From the NCBI GenBank assembly GCA_965209095.1, contig OZ242381.1, positions 6,141 through 70,140 of the forward strand: a stretch of DNA of 64,000 bases, in the 5' to 3' direction. The notes beneath the pieces were generated by a model that had not been told where the DNA came from, did no database searches, and saw only the letters and a list, made by a program, of their open reading frames with translations. Positions 45,961-56,360 of this stretch are shown in pieces. The DNA is from Candidatus Poribacteria bacterium. Its GTDB lineage: Bacteria; Poribacteria; WGA-4E; WGA-3G. The stretch's first letter is position 1. Every line of letters begins with the position of its first letter. Position numbers and translations under genes: made by a program.

Positions 45961-46748
45961 TTATGATTGCCGCAATGTTTCGATGTCTACTTCAGGGATA
46001 CCTGTTGATCTCGCGATGACTTCAGTGCTTACCCCTTCGCTAATCAGTGCGCGTGCAATGTCTTCCTTTTCCTTCTGTCTCACATCTATGAGGGTATCTT
46101 CCCAAGACTCTTCATCTTTGAGTACCCTACGTTCTGATGGCGAAATGTTGTCAAGTTTAACCGCTTCAATCACCTTTCCAAAAATCGGGGAGTCGTAGTG
46201 ACTTTCGTCTATCTCTCCATCCAGAGAATCCAGCACAAGTTCCAACCACGCTTTGATGCCAGATGGTGTTTTTTCATTAACCATACGGGGCACCACAAAC
46301 ACAAGTTGATGCGGATAGACATCGACTTTACGACTAAATTCGTTGATTGGATTGAAATCTGTGATTGCCACACTAAAGTCAATTTCGCCTTCACTATACG
46401 GACTTGTAAGGACAACAATTGTGTAAACTGTTCGATTAAACTGGTACGCTTTGCTGTTTTTTACTTGTTCGACGAGGTTGATGAGATGATAATATAGGAA
46501 ACGATCATAAAAGTGGCGTTCTTTGACGTGTTGTATCTCAACCACAATACGAGATTCTGGATCCTCAGCAAACAGATCGTATTCAATATCAACCTGTCCA
46601 ATGGGTTCAAGGAATTTGTAGCCGCGATGTACCTCATCGGTATAGAATTGATACCTAAGACATCTTCGGCAAATTGACAGAAGATCTCTGGTTGGCTGAA
46701 CGCTTTTTTGAAAGCGGTGTCGTATCGTAAGGGAACAACTTGCGTCAT
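45961..46748 (-). pseudogene. Rpn-family PD-(D/E)XK nuclease / 'putative transposase' (DUF4351 C-terminus), disrupted by a 1-nt frameshift near 46650
   Basis: The N-terminal ORF (46461-46748) has DTAFKKAFSQPE..FAEDVLGI. The +1 frame continues YTDEVHRGYKFLEPIGQVDIEYDLFAEDPESRIVVEIQHV into the ORF at 45961-46545, which ends ...EKEDIARALISEGVSTEVIARSTGIPEVDIETL. Confidence 0.65.
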
Positions 46749-46810
46749 TTTGATTAACTCATATCGTAGAATTACAAATAGTATGGAATGTATTTTAATC
46801 AGAATTATGA

Positions 46811-47665
46811 TTATTGATTCAATTCTATACCAAAAATGTCTGTTGTGTCATCAAGTTCTTTATCAATAAGAAAACATTCAGGTTCTTCTTCAGCTTTCTG
46901 AATTAGGTATTTCCCCGATTCAAGTCTCTTACATGCAAATTCATAATAGGCAGGAACAATCTCAAACCCAATGTAATGTCTACCTTTCATTTTACTAACA
47001 ACTGCAACCTGTCCAGAACCTAAAAACGGATCCAAAACAACATCTCCTTTTTGGCTTGAATAATCAAGTATTTTTTCAATCAGTTCAGCAGGTAATTTCG
47101 TTGGTGTTTTCATTGCACCTTGCCAGTATTCTCTCTTGATTTCCCATACATCTTCTTTATCTTTGTAGTGTGCAGAACCTCCACTCTCTGTCTTTGCGTC
47201 CTTATCAAAGCGATGATATGGATAGAATATCCTTTTTTTATCGTTCTTACATAAATACAAACAGTGATAGTGGGAAGTCACATATTTTCGCTTAGTGACT
47301 ACCCCAAATTGATATTTCCAAATTAGATGATTGACCGTCGTAAGTTTACATTCATCAATTGCTATCAAAATATCTTTTAGGTAATTCCAACCTGAGAAGA
47401 TATACATGCTACCAGAATCTTTTAACACTCTTGTTGCTTCCGAAAGCCATTCAAGCGAAAAAGAGAAATAGTCACTGCCTTCAATCTCATTGTATCCTTG
47501 TAGGACACGACTATCTTCACGGTTATAATTGTGACGCGTTGCTTTGAAGTCAATGGCAAAAGGCGGATCTGTTATGACAAGATCAACACATTTAGGTGGC
47601 ATTTCGGACATCAATTCTATACAGTCACCTAATTTGATTGTATCAATATAATTCGGATGTTGCAT
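46811..47665 (-). CDS. beta-class DNA methyltransferase (N6-adenine or N4-cytosine; DPPF ... DPFLGSGQ motif order)
   Basis: 284 aa. Motif IV VITDPPF at the N-terminus and motif I VLDPFLGSGQVAV near the C-terminus. Confidence 0.8.
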   Translation of the reverse strand: MQHPNYIDTIKLGDCIELMSEMPPKCVDLVITDPPFAIDFKATRHNYNREDSRVLQGYNEIEGSDYFSFSLEWLSEATRVLKDSGSMYIFSGWNYLKDILIAIDECKLTTVNHLIWKYQFGVVTKRKYVTSHYHCLYLCKNDKKRIFYPYHRFDKDAKTESGGSAHYKDKEDVWEIKREYWQGAMKTPTKLPAELIEKILDYSSQKGDVVLDPFLGSGQVAVVSKMKGRHYIGFEIVPAYYEFACKRLESGKYLIQKAEEEPECFLIDKELDDTTDIFGIELNQ

Positions 47666-47689
47666 GATTAGTAGGTAATTAGGGTTAGA

Positions 47690-48139
47690 TCAAAACTGTT
47701 TATCACTATCCAATAGTATGGTTACGGGACCGTCATTTACGAGTTGAACATCCATCATGGCTTGGAAAGTACCGCCTTTTGTTGGAATGTTCAACGCATT
47801 TAGGAGAGAGATGAACTGCTCATATAGGGCGTTAGCAACTTCAGGTCGGGCAGCGTTGATAAAACTGGGGCGTCTGCCCTTACGACAATCTCCGTAGAGA
47901 GTGAATTGAGATACTACCAATGCTGAACCACCTGTATCAAGCAAGGAAAGGTTCATTTTTCCATCAGCATCTTCAAAGATACGTAGATTGGCAACTTTAT
48001 TGGCAATGTATTCCAGTTCTGATTCCGTGTCGTTATGTGCAACACCGAGAAATATGAGCAGCCCCACCCCGATTTCAGAGACAAATTCACCATTAACTTT
48101 CACACTTGCAGATTTGACGCGCTGGACAACTGCTCTCAT
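47690..48139 (-). CDS. dtd: D-aminoacyl-tRNA deacylase
   Basis: 149 aa with the SQFTL and NDGPVT motifs. Confidence 0.85.
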   Translation of the reverse strand: MRAVVQRVKSASVKVNGEFVSEIGVGLLIFLGVAHNDTESELEYIANKVANLRIFEDADGKMNLSLLDTGGSALVVSQFTLYGDCRKGRRPSFINAARPEVANALYEQFISLLNALNIPTKGGTFQAMMDVQLVNDGPVTILLDSDKQF

Positions 48140-48167
48140 AGTATTATGCCGTTATTTCTCATTATTT

Positions 48168-48301
48168 CAGGACTTACGTAGTTTTTCTTAAAGTCCCACT
48201 GATAAGGGGGATTTAGGGGGTTAAATCACTGAAATATCATTGAAATAACGACTTTTAACCCCCTAACCCCCTTATCAAGGGGGAGGAATGCGTAAGTCCT
48301 G
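48168..48301. repeat. repeat family B copy 4 (opposite orientation); TSD TATTT
   Basis: tattt at 48163-48167 and 48302-48306. Confidence 0.85.
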
Positions 48302-48306
48302 TATTT

Positions 48307-49245
48307 CTAAAATAACAACTTTGTCCCTTCCATTTCTTTTGATCTTTCTCCACCAAGTGTGAGATTGAACTGGAAACCGGGTAGGTTGTTGATCCCGATT
48401 TGAAATGCTAATGTACTGGAAACTTCATAACGGAATGCAAGCCCCATTACGTTTGATAAACTCACCCCAGAGTATAACTGTTCACGTGAGTAATCTGCAG
48501 CAAACCACATATTATCTGCGATTGCAATTTCACCACCCCCGAAGTAACTAAAACCAAATGAGTCAGTGGTACGGACTGATTTTGTAGAAAGGAGTACGCC
48601 TGCCCCACCGTGTAATTTTATGAACGCTCCGACTCTTTGCGTGGCTACAAAATAGGTGTTTACACCAGCAAACGGATATCCGTCAATTGGATCAGGATCA
48701 AGAAATTCTCCTTTAGTATTCAGGCGATCATCAGCAGTAAAACCTGAAGAGAATTCTGTACCAATGGATAAACTTGGTAACCCATCGTTTTTTTCGGGTT
48801 TCAGATTATATTTTAGACCAATAATTCCTTCGTATAAGGGTTGGTCGTATACACGTGAATTGATATCTGGATCTGCTGTATCGTAATAATCATCAACAAC
48901 TTTGTGCACATTACCTACAGAGAGGGTTGCACCAAGAAGCAGGTCAACCTGAGTACTTAATCCGTAAGTGAATCGGACAGGAATGAAGAAAGTTTCTATT
49001 TCAAGCCGAGCATGTGTTTGTCTTTCAAATCCTCCTATGAAGACCGACTGCATCTCTTCAGGATCTAATGTCTGCTTTGCATACTGGAAAAATCCAATTG
49101 TTGTCAAGGATCCGCCTTTGCCTAAAGGTTCAGCAGTTTGAATAGATGTAAGTTGGGAAACTGGTGGGGTTTGCGCCAATATTGTCGCATTAATACTAAT
49201 GAATACAAATAAAACTACAGTAGCGATTCGGTTTATGAAGTGCAT
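48307..49245 (-). CDS. hypothetical outer-membrane beta-barrel protein
   Basis: 312 aa. Signal peptide, alternating amphipathic strands, and a C-terminal aromatic residue (...TKLLF). Confidence 0.4.
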   Translation of the reverse strand: MHFINRIATVVLFVFISINATILAQTPPVSQLTSIQTAEPLGKGGSLTTIGFFQYAKQTLDPEEMQSVFIGGFERQTHARLEIETFFIPVRFTYGLSTQVDLLLGATLSVGNVHKVVDDYYDTADPDINSRVYDQPLYEGIIGLKYNLKPEKNDGLPSLSIGTEFSSGFTADDRLNTKGEFLDPDPIDGYPFAGVNTYFVATQRVGAFIKLHGGAGVLLSTKSVRTTDSFGFSYFGGGEIAIADNMWFAADYSREQLYSGVSLSNVMGLAFRYEVSSTLAFQIGINNLPGFQFNLTLGGERSKEMEGTKLLF

Positions 49246-49272
49246 AATAAATCCTTTATATTAAATGATTGT

Positions 49273-50421
49273 CTATGGATAGAAAGCTTGTGCTTCCACT
49301 TTAATACTTTCGTCTCGTTCACCAGTGGGTGTTGGGGTGTCGTCAAATGAGGAAATGAAGTATACTTTGAAATATGGAATACCATCACGTACGAGAGGGT
49401 CTTCACCAGCAATAACTACATGCGTTTCTCCTGGTTCGAGTAACTTACGTGGTACAATATTCTCGTTTTGTGCTTGAGAATATATCTGGAATCCAGCAAG
49501 GTCATTTTCTTTGTTATTATCGTCCCAAAGACACAAAACATCGTATTTAAAATTGAAAATGGAACGAAAGGCATAGTGTGCTTCAAAACCTTCTGGTGGT
49601 GCAGGTGGAAGATTGGGAGAAGTAGCAGTAATCTCTGTAATTCCTTCAACTCCAAATTCATCAACTGCAGCGATGCGGTAGACTTTCTTAGTATTATCGT
49701 AACGAAAACCCCCATCAATATAGAAGATCTGATTTCGTGTAAGTTCATTGGCAATTCTAAACTCTAATGGAACATCAGGCCCCTCATCAAATGCTATGTA
49801 GACTCGAAACATAACAAAATCGTCTGGGAAAAGATAGTCTTCCCAAAATAAACTTACAGTGAGATCAGCTGGTTCACCGAGAATTACATTCGGTTGTGGC
49901 GGGGCAACGCTTGGCGTTACGGTTGCTGTCGGCCATATCCGTAAAATGTCTGCAGAATCGTCAAGAAAAGATTCCGGATTTGGTGTCTCAACATCGTTTA
50001 TATCCACATAAGAGATTCTATATTCGTAAGAGACATTTGTTCCATCTTCAAATTTACGGTCATTTTCAATATTTTGATTATCTACAAATTTGTTTTCTGT
50101 AGCATCCACAGTCCCGATTAACTCAAACGGTTCATCAGATTTGCTATCTGAGCGGCGATAGATTCGGTATTCCTTGACCCCTTCTCCTGCTATCTTGTTC
50201 CAAGACACAAGCACCTCTTGGTCACCTGGAAATAAGGTTAATCCATCAGGTGAACCGGATGTGCGCAAATTTTCTGAGTCCAGAGGGTTTGCAAAATCAT
50301 CACTATTTGTGCATGCCCCCATCATTGCTACTATTAGGAACAAAGGTAATAGAAATAGAGCTGCCTTTATTCTATATAGATATATAGATTGAATTCTATT
50401 AAAACGATACAATGAAAACAT
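49273..50421 (-). CDS. hypothetical secreted/lipoprotein with fibronectin-III-like repeats
   Basis: 382 aa. N-terminal hydrophobic segment with Cys (MMGAC). Repeated Ig/FN3-like segments. Confidence 0.4.
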   Translation of the reverse strand: MFSLYRFNRIQSIYLYRIKAALFLLPLFLIVAMMGACTNSDDFANPLDSENLRTSGSPDGLTLFPGDQEVLVSWNKIAGEGVKEYRIYRRSDSKSDEPFELIGTVDATENKFVDNQNIENDRKFEDGTNVSYEYRISYVDINDVETPNPESFLDDSADILRIWPTATVTPSVAPPQPNVILGEPADLTVSLFWEDYLFPDDFVMFRVYIAFDEGPDVPLEFRIANELTRNQIFYIDGGFRYDNTKKVYRIAAVDEFGVEGITEITATSPNLPPAPPEGFEAHYAFRSIFNFKYDVLCLWDDNNKENDLAGFQIYSQAQNENIVPRKLLEPGETHVVIAGEDPLVRDGIPYFKVYFISSFDDTPTPTGERDESIKVEAQAFYP

Positions 50422-50457
50422 CTATTTTTTCCTCCAAAGATTATTTGTCGTAAGAAA

Positions 50458-51015
50458 TCAGAAACGGTATAAGAATTGTAAACTTGCGCGTTGCGTTTGA
50501 AAATCATAATTTGGTAATATGCTAAATAATTGTGTTCTACCGTAAACCTGATAATATTTTGTTTGAGGTGACGATGATATGCTCAACGGAAATTCTTCAT
50601 ATTGTGAAACATTTCCAAGATTGTCGATTGTTGAAGCATCATCAACTGTAGCATTATGAAATTGGTTCATTATAGATAACAAAACAGCCAATCCAATACA
50701 CCCATACCCAACACGAGACATAATAATCGTTGCATTTTCTCTTGCAACTGTTTCATCTTTTAGACTTTGGATATCAGCTTGGGTGGTTGCAGAAAGATAT
50801 TCCTCATATTTGTTTTCAGCAGAAGTATTCAAAAATGTACTTCCAACCTGAAACCCAATACCGGAAATCAGCAAAGTAATCGGTAGACCATTTGATCGTT
50901 TCTTTGCTTGAACAGGCGAAATCGTTAAACTAAGAAAGACTAAACAGAGTATTCCAATTAGTATACCTTTCGGTTTCAGACTCAAATGTATCATGATTCT
51001 GTATATTCCTTTCAT
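50458..51015 (-). CDS. hypothetical membrane protein
   Basis: 185 aa with 3 predicted TM segments. No motif. Confidence 0.35.
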   Translation of the reverse strand: MKGIYRIMIHLSLKPKGILIGILCLVFLSLTISPVQAKKRSNGLPITLLISGIGFQVGSTFLNTSAENKYEEYLSATTQADIQSLKDETVARENATIIMSRVGYGCIGLAVLLSIMNQFHNATVDDASTIDNLGNVSQYEEFPLSISSSPQTKYYQVYGRTQLFSILPNYDFQTQRASLQFLYRF

Positions 51016-51085
51016 AAATATATAATTTAGATAATGTTAAGTGTATCTGATTAATTTATGAAAGTCAATGGAAAATGAAAAGAAA

Positions 51086-51185
51086 AGGTGTGTAAAGGTA
51101 TTGCATAGATAAGAATGTTTTTTATTCTAGCGCGGGGGTTCCATGCCCCGCCATCTTTGAAGTATGTAAAGTTTTTGCACAGACC
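51086..51185. repeat. degenerate family A copy (aggtgtgtaaaggtattgcatag ... tctagcgcgggggttccatgccccgcc ... gtatgtaaagtttttgcacagaccc)
   Basis: Partial TIRs and a half hairpin. Confidence 0.5.
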
Positions 51186-51247
51186 CTTTTGCACAACCTA
51201 ATTTGACATAAGGATACGAAATAAGTATAATAGTCATAATTGTACAC

Positions 51248-51371
51248 CAGGACTTACGCAGTTTTTCTTAAAGTCCCACTGATAAGGGGGATTTAGGGGG
51301 TTAAATCACTGAAATATCATTGAAATCACGACTTTTAACCCCCTTATCAAGAGGGGAATGCGTAAGTCCTG
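51248..51371. repeat. repeat family B copy 5; flanked by gtaca(c) direct repeats
   Basis: tgtacac|caggac ... gtcctg|gtacaca. With a 1-nt boundary ambiguity this fits a 5-bp TSD. Confidence 0.8.
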
Positions 51372-51422
51372 GTACACAAAAAACAGTTAACACTTCCATA
51401 AAGAAAATTATAAAGGATAAAT

Positions 51423-54400
51423 ATGATTATTAGTAAACTCAAAGATTTAAGTGTAGTCTTTATTTTAGTTATAGTGATGTTCGCTGCCTTTGGTGCCCAA
51501 CAGCAGAGTTATGCCCAAGAAGCAAACCCAACAATAACAGCATCCGTTGAGGTGCCGTTGACAGAAGCAAATCTAAATGGACAAACAGTTACAATCACGC
51601 TTACCGGAGCATCATTTGAACGTTCTAATTCTGACATCAGAGATGGTGTATCCGTATCGGGCATAACAGGCGTGACAATTCCGTGGCACGACCCGGACAG
51701 AGAAAGTGATACAGAAATCACGCTGGAATTGGAATTTGATGGCACGGATTTTGATGCAGCTGCCACACTGACCTTCACCGTCACTGCGGATGCTATTGCA
51801 AACTATGAAGGTGCCGCCCTCACCGCTCAGCTTCCTGTAACAGCATTTCAAGAATCAATGGAGGCGACAGTCGCAGCACCCTTGACAGAGGCAACTCTTA
51901 GTGGCAGTGTAGTGACCCTCACTCTCAACGGACGTTCTTTCGATTCATCGCGTTATGACATAGAGCGAGCTCTGACAATATCAGGCATTGATGGCGTGAC
52001 CAAAAGTAGAGTCACACGCGTGAATGACATGCAGGCAACCGTCTCCTTAGCATTTTCCGGCAACATTGACACCGATGCGACACTCACTTTCACCGTGGGG
52101 GCAGGTGCAATAAATAACTATAATGAGGCTTTCACTGTATCACTACCTGTCACCGCAGTAGAGGAAACACTCGTCGCAACGACAGAAGCACCTCTATCAG
52201 AAGGAACACTTGCCGGCAGTGTTGTGACACTTACGCTTACCGGACGCAATTTTGCCTCTTGGCGATCAGACATTGCCGAGGCAATAACTTTCTCTGGTAT
52301 TGATGGTGTTTTCACAGCATCATCTGCAATAGACCGTATAAGTAATACACAGGTGACAGTGATATTGGGATTCTCTGGCAACATAGACACAGATATCACA
52401 CTCACCATGACAGTCGGTGCGGCTGCAATCGTTGGCTATGATCAAGCGTTTACTATATCACTACCTGTTACTGCGGTAGAGGAAACACTCGTCGCAACGA
52501 CAGAAGCACCCCTGACAGAGGTAACGCTGCACGGAGCTGTTGTTACACTCACACTCACCGGGCGTATCTTTATAGGTTCTACCTTTGATTTTGACGATGC
52601 GTTGACAGTATCCGGCATTGAGGGGGTCTCTTATCATTGGTTCGACTTAGATCGCGTTAACGATACACAATGGACTCTTGGATTACAATTCTCCGGCGAC
52701 TTTGACGAAGATAGTAACGTCACTATCACGATAGGAGCAGATGCCATCATTGGCTATAATCAAGCGTTCACTGTATCACTACCTGTCACCGCCTTAGTGG
52801 AATCGTTAGTAATGTCTACCGAATCGCCTTTATCGGAAGATACAATGACCGGTACGACAGTGACACTCACATTGGGTGGACGTTCTTTTGTTCACAGCAC
52901 TTATGACATCTGGGAGGCGTTGACATTCTCCGGTATTGAAGGTGTTTACGCATATAGATATAGTGTGGAGCGCGAAAGCGATACTGTCGCGACATTTGAT
53001 CTAATCTATGCAGGGAACATTGATGAAGATACAAAACTCGCGATTGAAGTGGGGGCAGATACTATAGCTGGTTATGATCTACCGTTCTCTCAAGAATTCA
53101 CAGTCACCGCAGTAGAAGAAACATTAACAGCAACTTTGGCTGAACCACTGACAGAGGCAACATTACATGGACATCAAGTAATATTGACTTTAACTGGACG
53201 GGATATTACATGGTGGAGAGATGAAATTCCAAATTTAGTAACAGTTGCCGGCATTGACGGTGTAACAGTTGGTGAAGAAGACATTATAACTGATAATTTT
53301 TCACAAGTGGTCGTTCCACTCATTTTCTCTGGCGACCTTCACGAAGATGCAACACTAACTCTCACCATCAAAGAAAATGCCATTGCAGGTTACGATAAAC
53401 CGTTCACCACACAATATAACGTTCCCGCTGTTGAAGAATCATTGAGTATCTCATCCGAGTTTCCATTGTCAGAAATAAATCTGAATTTTACTAAGTTAAC
53501 ACTGACTTTGAATGGACGCGATTTTATAAAGGATGCTTACGACTTAATGGAAACTATTGAAGTTACCGGAATTGAGGGTGTAACTCTATATGAATATGAC
53601 TTTGATCTCGTGGAAGATAACATACTTGAGTTCGAATTGTTATATGATGGAGAAGATTTTGATGTAGACAGTGTTTTGACATTTAACGTACCAGCGGATG
53701 CAATTGCGGGCTACGAAAAACCTTTGTCCGCGCAGCTCTCTGTCACTGCAATTAAACAATCCAACGCGACGGTCAGTCTTGCTCCGAATCCAGTTATTTC
53801 CGCACCAATCGGCGGACAGATATCTGTCACCCTGAATATCTCAGGCGGTGAAGATGTCGCTGGATTCTACGCTCTCGTGGAATACGACACTTCAACACTC
53901 TCTTTTAGGAATGCAAATGTCGGCACATACCTGCCCGCAGGTGCCTTCTTCGCGACTGACTACATTTATACGGAGCGGGAACGTTATGAATGGGATGAAT
54001 TTTTGCCACTTTCCGCAACCGCAATTGAGGGTGTTGGTAATGGTAATGGCACACTCGCAACGTTTACGTTTAATGTGCTTGAAGTGGAAGAGTCAGACAT
54101 TACAATTATCGGTTGTTATGTAGTAGATTCCAACGGTGTGCGTTTAGAAACAGAAATTGATGATGGTGGCACAAAAGTCGTCGAACCTTTTCACGATGTT
54201 TTTGGTGACATCAACCGCGACGGTGTCGTCAATATCCAAGACCTAATTCTTGTGAGCCGACGGTTCTTTACTGTTGGGAAAGATCGAGCAGATGTCAACG
54301 GTGATGGTTTTGTGGATATCGTAGACCTCGTACTCGTTGCGAATGCAATGGGTGGTGGCGCAGCTCCTACTTTGAACCCAAAAGAATTACAGATGCTTAC

Positions 54401-54806
54401 TACTTCGGATGTCAAGGGATGGCTGGCACAAGCACAGAAAATCAATCGTCTCGATCCAGACTTCATGCGTGGTATTGATGTCTTGACACGGATACTTGAT
54501 GTGTTGACACCAAAACGGACGGTTCTTTTGCCTAACTATCCAAACCCATTTAATCCGGAAACATGGATACCGTATCATTTAGCAAAAAATGCTGAGGTTA
54601 CCTTGCATATCTATGCGATCAACGGCACACTGGTGCGGACAATAGAACTTGGGTATCAGGTAGCAGGTATGTATCAGCACCGTAACCGTGCCGCGTATTG
54701 GGATGGTAAGAACAGTGCGGGAGAACTTGCCGCAAGTGGTGTATACTTCTATATGCTCACTGCTGATGATTTCACCGCAACGCGCAAGATGTTGATATTG
54801 AAGTAA
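51423..54806 (+). CDS. secreted repeat protein: seven ~101-aa tandem beta-sandwich-like repeats, cohesin-like domain, dockerin repeats, T9SS-type/FlgD-Ig-like C-terminal domain
   Basis: 1127 aa. Repeats each start (A/E)PL(T/S)E..L.G..VTLTL.GR.F. Cohesin-like ISVTLNISGGEDVAGFYALVEYDTSTLSF. Dockerin DINRDGVVNIQDL / DVNGDGFVDIVDL. CTD NYPNPFNPETWIPY..GVYFYMLTADDFTATRKMLILK is about 70% identical to the CTD of 35670-40598. Confidence 0.75.
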   Translation: MIISKLKDLSVVFILVIVMFAAFGAQQQSYAQEANPTITASVEVPLTEANLNGQTVTITLTGASFERSNSDIRDGVSVSGITGVTIPWHDPDRESDTEITLELEFDGTDFDAAATLTFTVTADAIANYEGAALTAQLPVTAFQESMEATVAAPLTEATLSGSVVTLTLNGRSFDSSRYDIERALTISGIDGVTKSRVTRVNDMQATVSLAFSGNIDTDATLTFTVGAGAINNYNEAFTVSLPVTAVEETLVATTEAPLSEGTLAGSVVTLTLTGRNFASWRSDIAEAITFSGIDGVFTASSAIDRISNTQVTVILGFSGNIDTDITLTMTVGAAAIVGYDQAFTISLPVTAVEETLVATTEAPLTEVTLHGAVVTLTLTGRIFIGSTFDFDDALTVSGIEGVSYHWFDLDRVNDTQWTLGLQFSGDFDEDSNVTITIGADAIIGYNQAFTVSLPVTALVESLVMSTESPLSEDTMTGTTVTLTLGGRSFVHSTYDIWEALTFSGIEGVYAYRYSVERESDTVATFDLIYAGNIDEDTKLAIEVGADTIAGYDLPFSQEFTVTAVEETLTATLAEPLTEATLHGHQVILTLTGRDITWWRDEIPNLVTVAGIDGVTVGEEDIITDNFSQVVVPLIFSGDLHEDATLTLTIKENAIAGYDKPFTTQYNVPAVEESLSISSEFPLSEINLNFTKLTLTLNGRDFIKDAYDLMETIEVTGIEGVTLYEYDFDLVEDNILEFELLYDGEDFDVDSVLTFNVPADAIAGYEKPLSAQLSVTAIKQSNATVSLAPNPVISAPIGGQISVTLNISGGEDVAGFYALVEYDTSTLSFRNANVGTYLPAGAFFATDYIYTERERYEWDEFLPLSATAIEGVGNGNGTLATFTFNVLEVEESDITIIGCYVVDSNGVRLETEIDDGGTKVVEPFHDVFGDINRDGVVNIQDLILVSRRFFTVGKDRADVNGDGFVDIVDLVLVANAMGGGAAPTLNPKELQMLTTSDVKGWLAQAQKINRLDPDFMRGIDVLTRILDVLTPKRTVLLPNYPNPFNPETWIPYHLAKNAEVTLHIYAINGTLVRTIELGYQVAGMYQHRNRAAYWDGKNSAGELAASGVYFYMLTADDFTATRKMLILK

Positions 54807-54818
54807 AATAACCTAATG

Positions 54819-54932
54819 CTTAGTCAACATCTGTTCAATCGTTCAAATTGTAGGTCGGGTAGAGGAACGAAACCCGACAGACAGCCACTTTTGATGGGAG
54901 AAACGGGTTTCGTGCCTCTACCCGCCCTACAA
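54819..54932. repeat. family C hairpin copy 2, immediately after the stop of the repeat-protein gene
   Basis: cttagtcaacatctgttcaatcgttcaaattgtaggtcgggtagaggaacgaaacccg ... cgggtttcgtgcctctacccgccctacaa. Confidence 0.8.
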
Positions 54933-55117
54933 TTTGAAGGGAATTCTCTAACAATCCCAAGTCTTTAGACTTGGGTCCAACCCCGTTGTTTGTGCTAAGA
55001 AAGAGTTGGTTTATGATATGTTTTGTGTTATACTATTTGGACTGGTTCAGTGCAGGTATTGTTAGTGCCTGCACACCGCTAACAACGGGGATCAGAAACC
55101 TATCAAGGACCAGTCCT

Positions 55118-56194
55118 ATGCCTTACAAAACTCACAAAATTGCATTAGCTCCGACATTTAGAGAAAGACACTGGTTTGCTTCTCAATGTGGTTATGCACG
55201 TTTTGCTTACAACCATGCTTTATCAGATTTTAAGGCAGGTTTAGATCAGAATAACTTCCAATCGTGGCGGACACTGAATGTCAACTTCAACAAGACCAAA
55301 AAGCGTTATGATTGGACAGCATTGATGGATCAGCGTGCTGCGTTATATGCCATCAATCATCTTGGCAAAGCGATTGCAAATTGGGTTAGCAAACGCGCGA
55401 AGTTTCCGAAGTTTAAGGGGCGCGGGAGTCGGCAATCTTTCACAACGGATGAGCAAGCCGTGAGAGTGGAAGGCAAGAAAATAAAACTGCCCAAAATCGG
55501 ATGGGTTAAAATGCGTCAAGCATTACGTTTTGTAGGAAAGATTATCAAGGTGACGATCTCAAGAACAGCACATCGTTGGTTTGTCTCTATCACCGTAGAA
55601 ACAGAGGACACTGAAGCAGTTGATACCTCAACGCACCCTGTTCTCGGCATAGATGTCGGTATCAATACATTAGCCACCTTGAGTGACGGCACGCAATACG
55701 ATAATCCAAGACCCCTCAAATGTTATGAGCGAAAACTCAAAAGAGCACAACGTAAGTTGAGTCGCAAAGTCCGAAAGTCTAAAAATTGGTTTAAGCAGAA
55801 AGCAAAGATTGCGAGACTGCATTATAGGATAGTCTGCATCCGAAACGATGCACACCACAAAGCAACAACAGAAATTGTCAAGAAAGCAAGTGCTATTGGT
55901 ATAGAAACGCTAAAAATTACAAATATGCTAAAGAATAGGAAACTCGCAAAGGCGTTATCGGATAGTGCATTAGGCGGTTTTCTCTCTAAACTCAAGACAA
56001 AAGCAGAAACGCTTGGAATACCTGTCACAGAAGCAGACCAGTTCTTTGCAAGTAGCAAGACGTGTAGCAGCTGCGGACACAAGAAAGACGACTTAACACT
56101 TTCAGAAAGAACGTATCATTGCAGTCAATGTGATGTTTCTATGGATAGAGATGTTAACGCTGCAATAAACTTGAGAACCCTCGCTGTCGGATAG
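55118..56194 (+). CDS. tnpB: RNA-guided endonuclease TnpB (IS605 OrfB family)
   Basis: Best start MPYKTHKIALAPTFRE at 55118; the tracked ORF begins upstream at 54971. N-terminal RFAYNHAL. RuvC-I GIDVGINTLATLSDG. Zn finger CSSCGH..CSQC. RuvC-III DRDVNAAINL. Confidence 0.8.
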   Translation: MPYKTHKIALAPTFRERHWFASQCGYARFAYNHALSDFKAGLDQNNFQSWRTLNVNFNKTKKRYDWTALMDQRAALYAINHLGKAIANWVSKRAKFPKFKGRGSRQSFTTDEQAVRVEGKKIKLPKIGWVKMRQALRFVGKIIKVTISRTAHRWFVSITVETEDTEAVDTSTHPVLGIDVGINTLATLSDGTQYDNPRPLKCYERKLKRAQRKLSRKVRKSKNWFKQKAKIARLHYRIVCIRNDAHHKATTEIVKKASAIGIETLKITNMLKNRKLAKALSDSALGGFLSKLKTKAETLGIPVTEADQFFASSKTCSSCGHKKDDLTLSERTYHCSQCDVSMDRDVNAAINLRTLAVG

Positions 56195-56360
56195 ACAGAG
56201 AGCCTAAACGCCTGTGGAGTCCAAATAAGACCTTAAGCAGTTCAGGATAGAGGCACGAGAGACGGAAGCAGGAATCACATAGCAGGAGGGATGTGTGCTA
56301 TAAAGAAGCACACGCCTTTAGGCGTAGTGAGTATCACTATAGACAGGACATTAGGGTAAA
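56150..56360 (+). ncRNA. candidate omega/reRNA of the TnpB element (3' end of tnpB plus downstream structured region)
   Basis: Positional expectation for TnpB guide RNA. Local hairpins read at 56230-56345. No covariance test is possible here. Confidence 0.3.

Larger units (their letters stand above)
54940..56360 (+). mobile_element. solo TnpB element (IS200/IS605-family, IS1341-like, no tnpA), approximate boundaries
   Basis: The tnpB ORF has a palindrome cccaagtctttagacttggg upstream (54955-54975) and structured DNA downstream (hairpins gtgtgc..gcacac and cgcc..ggcg). No Y1 transposase gene is nearby. Confidence 0.5.

Noticed and set aside
54971-55117. Upstream extension of the tnpB ORF (track start 54971)
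   Set aside because: The extension would translate the element's left-end palindrome. TnpB family N-termini align from MPYKTHKIALAPT (55118), so the extension is probably not translated.
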